Part shown: one piece after another, positions 24,591 to 35,825 of the stretch
How positions within the stretch are numbered: the stretch's first letter is position 1
Layout: each line of letters opens with the position of its first letter
NCBI RefSeq assembly: GCF_036971445.1
Contig: NC_091480.1
Coordinates: 71,548,001-71,612,000 of the forward strand
DNA length: 64,000 bases
Direction: 5' to 3'
Source of the DNA: Narcine bancroftii
Lineage: Eukaryota
Translations under genes and position numbers: made by a program
Notes under the pieces: generated by a model
Seen by the model: only the letters and a program-made list of their open reading frames with translations
What the model was told of the DNA's origin: nothing
The model's database searches: none

Positions 24591-24744
24591 CACAAGGAAT
24601 AGCTTATTTCAAGCAATTATCCCAATCTTTAATCCCAAATTGACCAATTTAGCTCGAGTAAATGAGCATGTTTCACCATCATGCCACATCTGAATCCTGA
24701 TCTGAATTATCATTTAATATAACTTTGCACTTTCTATTAGTTCT

Positions 24745-25460
24745 TAAATGGTAGGGCACTGAGGAATGCGGAGGAGCAGAGAGATCTGGGAATACAGATA
24801 CATTGTTCCCTGAAGGTGGTGTCGCAGGTGAACAGAGTTATGAAGAAAGCTTTTGGCATCTTAACCTTTATAAATCAAAGTATTGAGTATAGGAGTTGGG
24901 ATATTATGTTGAAGCCGTTTAAGACATTGGTGAGACCAAATTTGGAATGTTGTGTGCAGTTCAGGTCACCTAACTGCAGGAAGGATATCAATAAGATTAA
25001 AAGAGTACAGAAAAGATTTACTAGGATGTTGTCAAGTCTTCAGGAGTCGAGTTACAGGAAAGATTAAACAGGTTGGGACTTTATTCCTTGGAGCGAAGAA
25101 GAATGAGGGGAGATTTGATAGAGGCTTACAAGATTATGAGTGGTGTAGACAGAGTGGATGAGAGTTGGCTTTTTCCACTTAGATTGGGGGAGATAAATAT
25201 GAGAGGTCGTGTTTTAAGCTGAAAAGGGAAAGGTTTTGGGGGGAACATTAGGGGGACCTTCTTCACTCAGAGAGTGGTGGGAGTGTGGAATGAGCTCCCA
25301 TCTGATGTTGTGGGTGAAGACTCAATCGTGGGTTTTAAGAATAAATTGGATAGCTACATGGATGGGAGAGGTCTGGAGGGTTATGGAATGGGAGCAGGTC
25401 ATTGGACTAGCGAGATGATGGTCAGCACAGAGGGGCATAATGGCCTATTTTCTGTGCTGT
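24745..25460 (+). mobile_element. CR1-type LINE 3' fragment
   Basis: ORF 24816..25067 (KKAFGIL.FINQSIEYRSW...LVRPNLE.CVQF.SP). Confidence 0.85.
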
Positions 25461-25848
25461 AAGATTCTCAATAAAAACACAAGCATTAAGTTAATTAGCT
25501 TTATTTAACCTGTTTCAGAATTGAAGGAGATGCAGTGTGGTAACTGTAAAGTGTGCGGCACATCTTGAGAGAATGATGAGTGTATCTAAAGGCAGCATCC
25601 TTTTAAATTAACTATTGATCTCATTTGCCTGTTGTATGATGGATTATCTATTGTAGCATTGGTTGACAAGATCAATTCCAGAAGGTATCACTCATATTGA
25701 CACAGCTCACCCTTCACCTAATTTGAGAGGGCAGTGGATCTCAAGGAATGAAACTTTCCAGAGACTTGGAGGATTGTTATTGCAGTTCAAATCAGAATAT
25801 TTGTAGAAATCCTTGTAGTGTCAAAAGATTTCATTTCTTTGTTTCACG

Positions 25849-27424
25849 GCCTCGACTTTAAAGGCCCGCTCCCTTCCTATGACAGGAACGTCTATTTCCT
25901 TAATGCCATAGACGAATACTCCTGCTTCCCTTTTGTAATCCCATGTCCCGACGTATCGGTAGCCACGGTAATAAAGTGCCTGCAATCCATTTTCAGCATG
26001 TGTGGGTACGCCGCCTTTATGAGTGCCAAAGTCCAGCAGTACCTACGGGATAGAGGCATTGCCACCAGCCGCACCACAAGCTACACTCCCAGGGGTAATG
26101 GGCAAGTAGAAAGGGAAAATGCCACTATCTGGAAAACCATCCTGTTGACCTTAAAGGCAAAATACCCACCCGTGGAAAGATGGCAAGATGTGTTACCTGA
26201 GGCTTTGCATTCTATACGCTCGCTGTTGTGTGCCGCCACTAACACAACACCACATGAACATATGTTTTCCTTTTCGAGGAAAGCCACACTGGGCACAGTG
26301 CTGCCTAGATGGTCATGACACCGGGACTGGCACTCCTCTGGAAGCACTGCAGGCCCCACAAAATGGACCCACTGTTGGAGCCAGTGGAGTTGAGGCACAT
26401 GAACCCCCACTATGCATTTGTCGCATTCAGGGATGGATGGGAAGACTCAGTGGCCACCAGGGACCTCACACCAGCTTGAATCGTGGACGACGCAGGAGAG
26501 TCGCAGACTTCTACAGATCAGCACCAAGGAATCATGGACGACGCGGGAGAGTCGCAGACCCCGTCGGATCAGCACAAAGGACAACAGACACCAGGACAGC
26601 CAACCATCGCATCACCCCAAAGGGCCCCACCAAACAATACACCCCCAACAACCAGTACTCGTACGGAAAGCCATACACCCCCTCAGCATACTCCCACGCT
26701 GCAACCAATGGGAAGCTCTACACCCACTCAGCATACTCCCACCCTGCAACCGAAGGAAAGCCCTACACCCCCTCAGCATACTCCCACCCTGCAATCGACA
26801 GGAAGCCCTACACCCCCTCAGCATACACCCACCCTACACCCTCACAGCATACCCCCATCCAATGTCAGGACCCTTGGCCCTCAATACCCTATACTCCCCC
26901 TGCCCCAGTACCCCGAAGGTCCAGGAGAAAAAGGAAGGCCCGTCAGATACTGGACATATGAACTTACGGGGTGGGGGGGTGGGGGAGAGGTCAAAATCCT
27001 TAAGGGGGGGAATGAATGTGGTGATATGCTATTACACCATTAGGTCACCAGGTGCCACCACCTGACCACCTTGTATATAAAGCCGACTGGAGCTAGGCCC
27101 CTCCATTCTGACCCAGGCTTGCACAGAGGCAAGACCTAGATGTATCTATTAGTGTGTTGCGCTGTTAGACAGAATCAGACACACACAAGGTAAAGACTGA
27201 ACAACAGGCTTATAATCCCGGAGAGTGATTGACACCCGACCGGGTGGGGCTTGATCCATTCAGGCTGACTGATTGGCAGCCGGCCAGATGTTGTCCTGTC
27301 CCTTACACTCCTGCAGGTACAGAGGTTGCCCCCTGCAGTAGGCCAGTTGTGTACCACCACAATTAGTCTATTAAAACTAGCGTTGAACTTGCACTCTGTC
27401 TCGTGTGGTAAATGTGTCATCACA
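25849..27424 (+). mobile_element. Gypsy 3' fragment, family D: integrase core, repeat-rich tail, PPT and 3' LTR (27017-27424) interrupted by a nested LTR
   Basis: ORF 25818..26318 (LDFKGPLP...IDEYS...GNGQVEREN). aaggggggg-aatgaa|tgtggtg boundary; the LTR ends catcaca. Confidence 0.88.
27153..27361 (-). mobile_element. Internally deleted family A solo LTR nested in the family D LTR, TSD ATTAG
   Basis: Reverse complement of 14209-14498 lacking ~81 bp. attag at 27148-27152 and 27362-27366. Confidence 0.92.
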
Positions 27425-28033
27425 AATGACAGGCTTTGGCAGAATTACAGGCAGCGCTGGGGTCTTTAACATGGCCACAGTGCACAATGGTACTTCACCT
27501 TAATGCAAAGAACCACAATGTTGCTGCTGACCTCATTTGCAACATTTACAAATCTGAGGCAAGACAGCAAAGAAACATCTAAACCTAGAGCAGAGGGAAG
27601 CTGATAAACTAGAGGAGCATCACCTCGTATTTTTCCTGGGCAGCCTTCGCCCAGTGGGATGAATTTTCCAATTTTTCTCCTTTCTCCTCCGCTCCTCATT
27701 TTTTTCATCTAATTTTTTTCAGTCCAGCATCCCATCACATCACCTCCCCATTGAGTATGTGTAGGAGGGACAGCATCCTTCCATCTAATAAGTATAGCTC
27801 ATCAGGTAATAAAAAGAGCAAGGCAACTACGTGGGATTGTAGCCCACTGCCACCCCACCCTCCACCCTCGGTCCGATGCCTCTTCCAGCCACCCACCCCA
27901 AACCGCACTGAAAAATCAGTGCATCCCGCCATTTAACCACTGACCCACCATTTGGTGTGCATCGTGGAGCCTTTTTTATGTGCTCCCTCCCCCTAACATT
28001 AGAACCTGGCCTCACCCCTGAGTAGGTCTAAAC

Positions 28034-28411
28034 CAGTTGTTTTCATACTGTCCTCCTTAACTCACATTCCACTTTAAGTAATCCCTATGGCATAGATGCT
28101 CTGTGATTAATAAGGGATAGCTTAAGGTGGGATGTGAGTGGGAAGGGAAGGTTGAGAATCACTGCTCTAGACCCAATTGTTACCAAAATATTTTGTTTGA
28201 GAAAAATGATCACTGGCCCATTTCCTTTGGAGATCTGAACTGTGCACTTCATGAGTCAATGAGGGACAATTAAAACAGTTGTTCTCAAACTTTTTTCTTT
28301 CCTCCCACATCTCACCTTAAGCAATCCCTTACTAATCACAGAACACCTATAGCATAGGTGAGCGAGTTTAGTTTAGTAAGTGAGTTTAGGGGGGCAGTTT
28401 GAAAACCACTG
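28034..28411. mobile_element. Non-autonomous hAT-like (Charlie-type) composite MITE
   Basis: Outer TIRs cagttgttttcatactg / cagtttgaaaaccactg. Flanks gtctaaac / ctctaatc resemble the hAT NTCTAGAN target. Internal inverted halves. Confidence 0.65.
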
Positions 28412-29399
28412 CTCTAATCTGAGGAGAAATAGCTGTGGAAGTGGATTGCAAAGAACTGCTAATGGAAAGAGACTGAGGCTACAGAAAGACACCCTTTGTC
28501 TGTTGGTCTGTGCTCCTCCCCCTTCCCTTTCTTCCCTTCTCCCCAGCCTTTTAATTCAGACGTCTGCCTGCCTGCATTTGGCTCACACCTTGAAGAAGGG
28601 CTCAAGTCTGAAACATCTTCCATCAGGAAAGAGATCTAGGAGTATCAGAGCCAGCACCACCAGGTTGAGGAACAGCTTCTTCCCACAGGCAGTGAGACTG
28701 CTGAACGACCAAAGGAACTGCTCACACTAACCCTCCGAGACACTCAAATTCACAGAACAATATTTATTTATTTGTATCTATGAATACTTGTCCTGCACAT
28801 TTATTGTGTGTCTGCATGTTTTGCACCGAGGACCGGAGAACTCTGTTTCATTGGGTTGTACTTGTGCAATCAGATGACAATAAACCTGACTTGATGTATC
28901 TTTGCCCCCAATGGACACTGCGAGAACTGCTGAGTTTCTCCAGCCTTCCTGTGTTTTCACACAAATTGATGTCAGACAACATTCAGCAAAGTGAACAAAT
29001 TGAGTCTTTGCCATCTTTGCCAGTTTCATTGGATTGGCTGCTGATGCAGAAGTCAGCATTTAATTCCCATCCTTAATCGCCATTAAGAAGGTAGTGGTGT
29101 GATATCTTCTTGAATTTTTGCCAAGGGTATCTCCACAGTCCTCTTAGATAAGACGTTTGAGGATTTCATGGGGAATTTTACAGAAAATACAATATATTTA
29201 ACAGTTGAGCTAAGTATTTCCAAGCTGTAAAAAAAATCCCGGAAAATAAATCAGAAGATAAAAATGTGGGGAGGAAAATTTAGGACAAACTATTTTTTTA
29301 AGATGCCTTCTAGGGTTGGTAGCTTTGTGGCTAGGTTATATTCAAAACTCTGGATTACTGTATTTATCTGGGAATGTGTTCAATACCACCGTGATGGCT

Positions 29400-29770
29400 G
29401 AGGAATGTAACTCAGCCGGCAACATCTCAGGCACCAGAACACTCCATCAAAGACATCTACATGACGTGGTGTCAAGAGCCCTACCACCCAGGCCATGCCC
29501 TCTTCACTCTGCTACCATCAGGAAAAAGGTACAAGAGCCTAAAGATGAGCATTCAGTGGCACAAGGACAGCTTCTTCCTGTCTGCTCTCAGATTCCTGAA
29601 TGATCAATGAACCAAAGACACTGCCTCACTTTGACCTCTCGTGCACTATTTTTATGTATTGTTGTAAGGTGGTTTATATGAATGTTTGCACTGTGATCTT
29701 GAAACAAAACAATGAATTTTGTAACTCATCCATGGCAATAAATTCTGATTTTGATTCTGATTCAGATTCA
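29400..29770 (+). mobile_element. Rex1/Babar-like LINE 3' end with (TCTGAT)n tail. Related ends at ~9370-9640(+), 28615-28890(+), 34900-35380(-), 40210-40790(-), 58140-58430(-).
   Basis: Recurring C-terminal motif H.LF..LPSG.R.RS....T.R..NSFFP..VRLLN and short tandem tails. Confidence 0.7.
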
Positions 29771-30769
29771 GAATTGGACGTTGTCACAGGTCAATGTCCA
29801 GGATCAGAAAGAGGGGGGGGGGGGAATGTAATAAAAGGACACAAGTGGCTGTGTGTTGCTTTCCCCTTCCTATCTCCATACTTGGGGACTTTCCAGATGC
29901 TGGTAGCAGGTCTCCAGGAACTTTGTCGTAAATTCTGGGTTCCTGAATATGGAATTATGCCTGTGGACTCAAACTCAGGCCCTTCAGGGTAATGTGAATT
30001 GACTTCAAATTCTGAGTGTACAGCACTGCACATTGTCTTGGATAGTTAGCTCACTGGAAGATTCCCAAGTGTACTCTGTTAGTGATGTAGTAAGTGTCAT
30101 TGGGAGAGAGCATTTTTGGATGAAAAGTCCTCTTTGCATATGATATCTGTCCGTAAATGAACTATAGTTATGATCAAGGACTACTGGTGTAAACAAGATC
30201 TACCAGTGCATTCTAGTCTTCAAATGAAGCAGAAATATTGCTGCATTTTAAAATAAACTCCCATGTTTGGAAAAAAAACCTGTGGCAATTGCTCCACCAG
30301 GATCTAGTGTGGACTAGATGGGCAAAATGGCCTCCTTCTCTGTCATACCTTCTTATGAAGACAAAACTTTATGTCTCAACTTCAAGTTAGCACTAGAGCA
30401 CTCAGGAACTTATCTGAGTCAAAATATTGCCATACTCTCCCCCATCAAATGTGGTAGCTTTTGGAAGAGGCATCAAAAGAAAGCTCTATCGGGGTACCTC
30501 TGTGGAGGTACAGATTCTTTGCCAATATTTCTGTTATAATGTATAAATTATTGAGCGTGTGTAGTAGATATTTGATCTGCTCCAAGCTGGTGGAGTAATC
30601 GTTTTTATCATTGTTGAATTCTCATATGTACTGAGGTGCAGTGAGAAGGTTGCTCTATGCGCAATCTAGCTAATCAACACATATATAGTACAGCAATTAA
30701 GACATAGCATAGAGTACAGAGTTTCACAGAAAGAGATCAGTTAGAGCAGATCGAGGGCAAGAAATATTT

Positions 30770-31260
30770 TGATAGAACATATCAGTACAGGCCCTTAAAA
30801 AAAAGTACTAAACCCTCTCTACCCGTAACCCTCTATTTTTTTCCACCCTTGTGTCTAAGAATCTATTAAATGCCTCTAATGTTTCAACCTCCACCACCAT
30901 CCTTGGCAATGCATCCCAGGCACCCACAATTCTCTGTGTAAAAAAAAACCGTACCCTTGATGTCTGCCCTAAACTTCCCTCCCTTCACTTTGTGCATATG
31001 TCCTCTGGTGTTTGCTATTCCTGCCCTTGGAAATAGGTACTGGCTGTCCACCCTATCTATGACTCTCATAATCTTGTAGACCTCTATTAAGTCTCCTCTC
31101 ATTCTTCTACACTCCGAAGAGAAAAGTCACAGCTCTACTAACCTTGACTCATAAGACTTATGTTCCAATCCAGGCAACATCCTAGTAAATCTCTTCTGCA
31201 CCCTCTCCATGGTTTCCATATCCTTCCTGTAATGAGATGACCAAAACTGATCCTGAACAA
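30770..31260 (-). mobile_element. CR1-type LINE 3' end
   Basis: ORF 30884..31102 MRGDLIEVYKIMR..DRVD..LFP. Confidence 0.8.
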
Positions 31261-31466
31261 ACCTCAATAGCATAAGGTTCGTCCAGGAGCCTGATTACAG
31301 CAGGAAAGAAACTTTCCTCAGGACAGTTGGTGCGTAATCTCACACTTGTGAATCTTCTTCCCATAGGGAGAAGGGAGAAGAAAATGTGGTCAGTGGTGAA
31401 ATATGTCTTTTAATATGCTGGCTGCTGTAATGATAGAGTGCTAGTGGCTGTAATGATAGAGTGCTA

Positions 31467-31930
31467 GTGACAATCCTGACCACCAGAGGGAGTTGGAGAT
31501 GAGTTGTTGCAGCAGGGAATAGATTCAAAATGGATGTCTCCATGAGGTTATGAGTGCTTTAGTTAATTAAAGTATAGTTGTTACAATAAAAGAAACATCA
31601 CATGATACCAGGAATGGAAGAAACACCAGGAGTGTACAGAGCGTGAATCAGTCGATAGCAGCACAAAACATGGAGAGTGTAAAGAATCCTTATGCTGTAA
31701 ATTGGACTGGAAATGATGACCATGAGTGGAGGCTGTTGAAATAATGATTTATGCTGTACCTGCCAGCCATTGGACCTGATAACAAACCTGATGCATGGAA
31801 GATTGCACTACTACTTACTATGATGGGATCTCAGGCACTAGAGGCTTTCAACACATTTGTTTTTGCCAAGATAGCTGATCAGAGCAGCTTCAACAAGATT
31901 ATTAAGATATATGATGAACATTGTTCACTA
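31467..31930 (+). mobile_element. Gypsy (Mag-like) 5' relic: degraded LTR ending at ~31602, degenerate tRNA-type PBS (tgataccagga), gag start at 31670
   Basis: MESVK.P....WTGN...EWR...FMLYL.AIG...KIALLL...G..ALE.FNTF gag signature. Confidence 0.65.
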
Positions 31931-33030
31931 AAGGGGGTGCTATTGGATGCTGGGACCTATCTGCTGATGGGGGGTGGTGGTGCTATTGAATGCTGGGACC
32001 TCCCTGCTGATGAATGTCAACACCATCCATCCCTCTGACATAGGTGATGAGGGTGCTGCTTTTATTGCATCAATGGAGGTGTCTTCATAAGAAGGTATGA
32101 CAGAGAAGGAGGCCATTCTGCCCATCTACTCCACACTAGATCTTAGTGGAGCAATTGCCACAGTTTTTTTTCCAAACATGGGAGTTTATTTTAAAATGCA
32201 GCAATATTTCTGCTTCATTTGAAGACTAGAATGCACTGGTAGATCTTGTTTACACTAGTAGTCCTTGATCATAACTATTGTTATGACCCAATCAGTCGGG
32301 ACTTTCACTGTAAAACTGATTCTGAACTTAGGATCTAGAAAAGCTAATATGTTTTGACTTCGTCCTTCTGGGATAATATTTCTGCTTTTACTTCATTTCT
32401 TCTATATTTTCAGGCGGACAAACCATATCCACTGAATATATTTTTAATGATATGACGATACATTTTTAACAGAAACTACATTCCCAATAAAGTAGGGAGA
32501 GCAGCTCATGTTATTTTCAGATACCTGCATCTGACGTCAATGCACTGATGCAGCTATCAAATGTTAAAAGCATCTCATTTCTGCATCATCCACTCAAAAA
32601 TGACAACCAGATGCATTCTGTCACCCACTGTATTTATCTCTTGGCTTTCAGCTCTAAATGATAAGAAACAATTTTTTGAACATCATTAAAAGTCAAATGA
32701 AAATGTTGTGTTTTAAAATTCTCGATGTTGCTTCTAGCTTAGATTAAAAAAAAACCTATCTACAGTATTTTCACAGTCCACATATGACACGCCAGAGGCT
32801 GGAATTTCATATGCAACGGTGCACAGTAACACAGTAACAATGATTCCAAATAAAATTCTGGAAGTATTCAGTAGATCAGACACTAACAGCGGACAATGAT
32901 AACATTTCAGATCAATGGTCATTCATCCGGTGTGCCTTCAACAGAGAAGGAGGGAAAAAAACCGAAATAAAAATCTGCTTTGATAAAAAGGTTCATGATG
33001 CTAATGAGAAAGAAGGTCAAAGTTCAGTTT

Positions 33031-33216
33031 TGATGCACCATCAATAACTCCAAATGGAACTGACAGGCTTTTATTCACAATAGAATGGAGGTGCGTCCAT
33101 GCTGCTCGACTGCCCTGAGCTGAGGAAGGGGCTGTGGAACAGTCACCTTTATTCAGGAGCTACACAGCCAATGGGCGTTCCCAGACAGTTAAATATACAG
33201 AGAGTAGTTTACCACA
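33031..33216 (-). mobile_element. Solo LTR, family E, TSD AGTTT
   Basis: Minus-strand TGTGGT...GCATCA termini, AATAAA, and a perfect 5-bp TSD. Confidence 0.85.
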
Positions 33217-33309
33217 AGTTTCACCCTTTCACAGCCTTTAATTTGTCACCCTGTTTGTCAACAGTTGATCATCAGACGAGTAGAGATTTCCTGCAGCTAA
33301 ATACTGCAT

Positions 33310-34737
33310 TGTATCATTCGCGCTATGCAGGCGAGGAGAAGAACGACACGCACATACAAAGCCTTGAGGTCGAGACTGGTTTATTGCTCTGGCCGTCGCA
33401 TTTATATAGGCCACAGACACGGACATCAAGGCCCTGCGTCATCGGAGTGCCGGGCTTCCCACCAGAATTGCCCATCTTCCCACCGTGTGGGAGGTTACCT
33501 GGGATGATGGCCAGTGTCACCCCCAGGTTCATGCGGTCACCACACTCGTTGGCCATTTTGTGGGCTGGCCCACGTCTGTATGTGCAGGCTGCTACACATC
33601 CTCTCTCCCCCCACCAGAACCTGTGACTGATCGGGCTGTTGTCCATTGACTTGGGGGATCTGCCCCTGCGTCATGGGGGAGGAGTGGAGTCTAGTTGGTT
33701 ACAGTCCAGATCTGCCAGCTTCAAGCAGTCGACAGTATAGGTCTCCTCCTTACCGCCGATATTGAGGACAAAAATGGAGCAGTTGTCTCTGACGATCCTG
33801 AAGGGCCCCTCATAGGGTCATTTTAGGGATGGCCGGTATGCTCCCCTTCGTACAAACACATGCTGACAAGTCATTAAGTCCCTGGGGATGTTATGTTTGG
33901 GCTGACCATGTAGTGGGGATTGTCACAGGACCAGGGACTCTAGTTTTCACCGCAAATTCTCAAGGATGGCCGTGGAGTCCTTGTCCGTGAGCAAGAGTCA
34001 GATATCCTCGGGCAGTTGCTCCAGAAAGATCTGCTCGAAGAGCAGGCAAGGCTTGTGGCCCTCGGATAATTTTAGGGCAGACGGGGCCCTGTCCCCCAAT
34101 CTGTCCATATGCAGTAATCGGGCAGTGCAGTCACGCTGGAAGTGCCCAAAAGTGCAGGAAAGTAGCTCTTTGAGGGCCTCGTATTTGCCTTGCTCTGGAG
34201 GATGCCGTAGGAAATCTACAACCCTTGCTGTTGTGTCCTGATCGAGGGCGCTCATGACGTAGAAGTAGTGGGTGTCAGCGTCTGCGATGTGTCGAAGCTG
34301 GAACTGAGCCCCATCCTGCTTGAACCACACACGTGGCTGCGACATCCAAAATGTTGTGAGCCTGAGTGAGACCACGTGAATGGTCGTTGGCTCTGCCTGG
34401 TCCGTCATCTTCAGGCCCAACTGCCAGTTGGACCTGTTGGGGTCACCAATGTATTGTTCGTGCTACGCGGGCATGGAGAAGAATGGCATGCACACCAAAG
34501 CTTGTGGTTTATTGCACTGGCCATTGTGTTTATATGGGCCCCAGGTGATGATGTCAGGACCCTGCATCATTGGAGCACCAGCTTGTGATTGGATGATGTT
34601 CCCGCCACAGCTTGCTGTCTTTCTGCTGTGTAGGAGATCACCTGGGACGATGGCTGGTGTTACCCCCGGTCCATTCGGTCACCATGTTGTTGGCCATTTT
34701 GTGGGCCATTCCATGTCTCCGTGCACGGGCTGCCACA
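33310..34737 (-). mobile_element. Internally deleted CsRn1-like Gypsy element. 5' LTR 34450-34737, tRNA-type PBS TGGTGACCCC (~34439-34448), gag 33998-34420, integrase tail (PYEGPF) ~33700-33900, PPT, 3' LTR 33310-33596.
   Basis: gag L..FW..QPRVWF.Q..AQF signature, GPY/F motif, ggggggagagagg PPT, and diverged direct repeats. Confidence 0.8.
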
Positions 34738-35478
34738 GTGTTACACAAAATTTAGCCAAAGTCTTCAGCCCTGAGCACACTCCCTGCCTTATTCTGACCA
34801 ATGGCTCCTCAATGAAAATCAGCCGGATTACTTTCAAACATTAACTTCAATGGAAATGTAATTTAATGCAGGGTCATTAATATTTGGAGCAAGACCATGG
34901 ACATACTTTACATCACATACAACCCCAAGATTCTTTTTCCTGCGGGCCAAGCAGTATTTCTACTTATTGGTAATGCAAAAAACTGTACTCGGGAAGAGAA
35001 ATATAGACAAAGAAAGAAATGTAAACAAACTGATTGTGCAACATGCAGAAAAAAACCCAATAGTAAATAATGTTCAAAGTAAGGGTCTTTAAATGAATCT
35101 CTGATTAAGTTTGTCATTGAGGAGTCTGATGGTGGAGGGGGGAGCAGCTGTTCCTGAACCTGTTGGTGCGAGTCTTGTGGCACCTACACCTCTTTCCTGA
35201 TGGCAGCAGCGAAAACAGAGCATGTGCTGGGTGGTGTGGGTCTTTGATGATGGCTGCTACCTTCTGACGGCAGCATCCATGTAGATTTTCTCAATGGCAT
35301 GGAGAGTTTTGCCTGTGGTGTACTGGGTTGTGTCCACCAACTTTTGTAAGGGTTTCCCCTCAGCAGCATTGGTGCCCCCATAGGAAGTCAAGTCAAATCA
35401 AGTGACCTTTATTTATTATTCATACAGTAAAGACACAGTAAAGACAAGATGGCATTTCTCCAGGACCATGGAGCATAT

Positions 35479-35825
35479 TGTTACGAACCCAGAGGACGCC
35501 AAAACACAGCAGCAACACATATTCATCAAGACAAATGGTCACTTAAACAAAAGTTGCTTTTAATTGTCTTTAAACATGAAAACAGGATCAAACTCTAACT
35601 TTATTACTATTAACTTAACTTAACCCCCTCCTAATTCAAAGTGCACATGTATGAAATATGTGAGTAAGTTTAGAAAAGTTCATTAATTCACAGTTCAATC
35701 TCACTCCTCGAAGTTCACTGGTTGCAGGCAATTCTTACTCTGTGCACAGAATTTAACATTTATAAAGTTCACAGGCTTTGGTGCTTGAAAGGTAAATGGT
35801 TACTGCTCAGGAAAGTTCTTGTCAG
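35479..35825. mobile_element. Probable LTR fragment (TGTTACG start). Another LTR-like segment at ~36555-37070.
   Basis: TG terminus and LTR-like composition only. No partner or TSD confirmed. Confidence 0.4.

Larger units (their letters stand above)
30164..32278. repeat. ~200-bp inverted duplication (30164-30363 and 32080-32278) flanking 1.7 kb
   Basis: Direct reverse-complement match with only a handful of mismatches. Confidence 0.93.
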
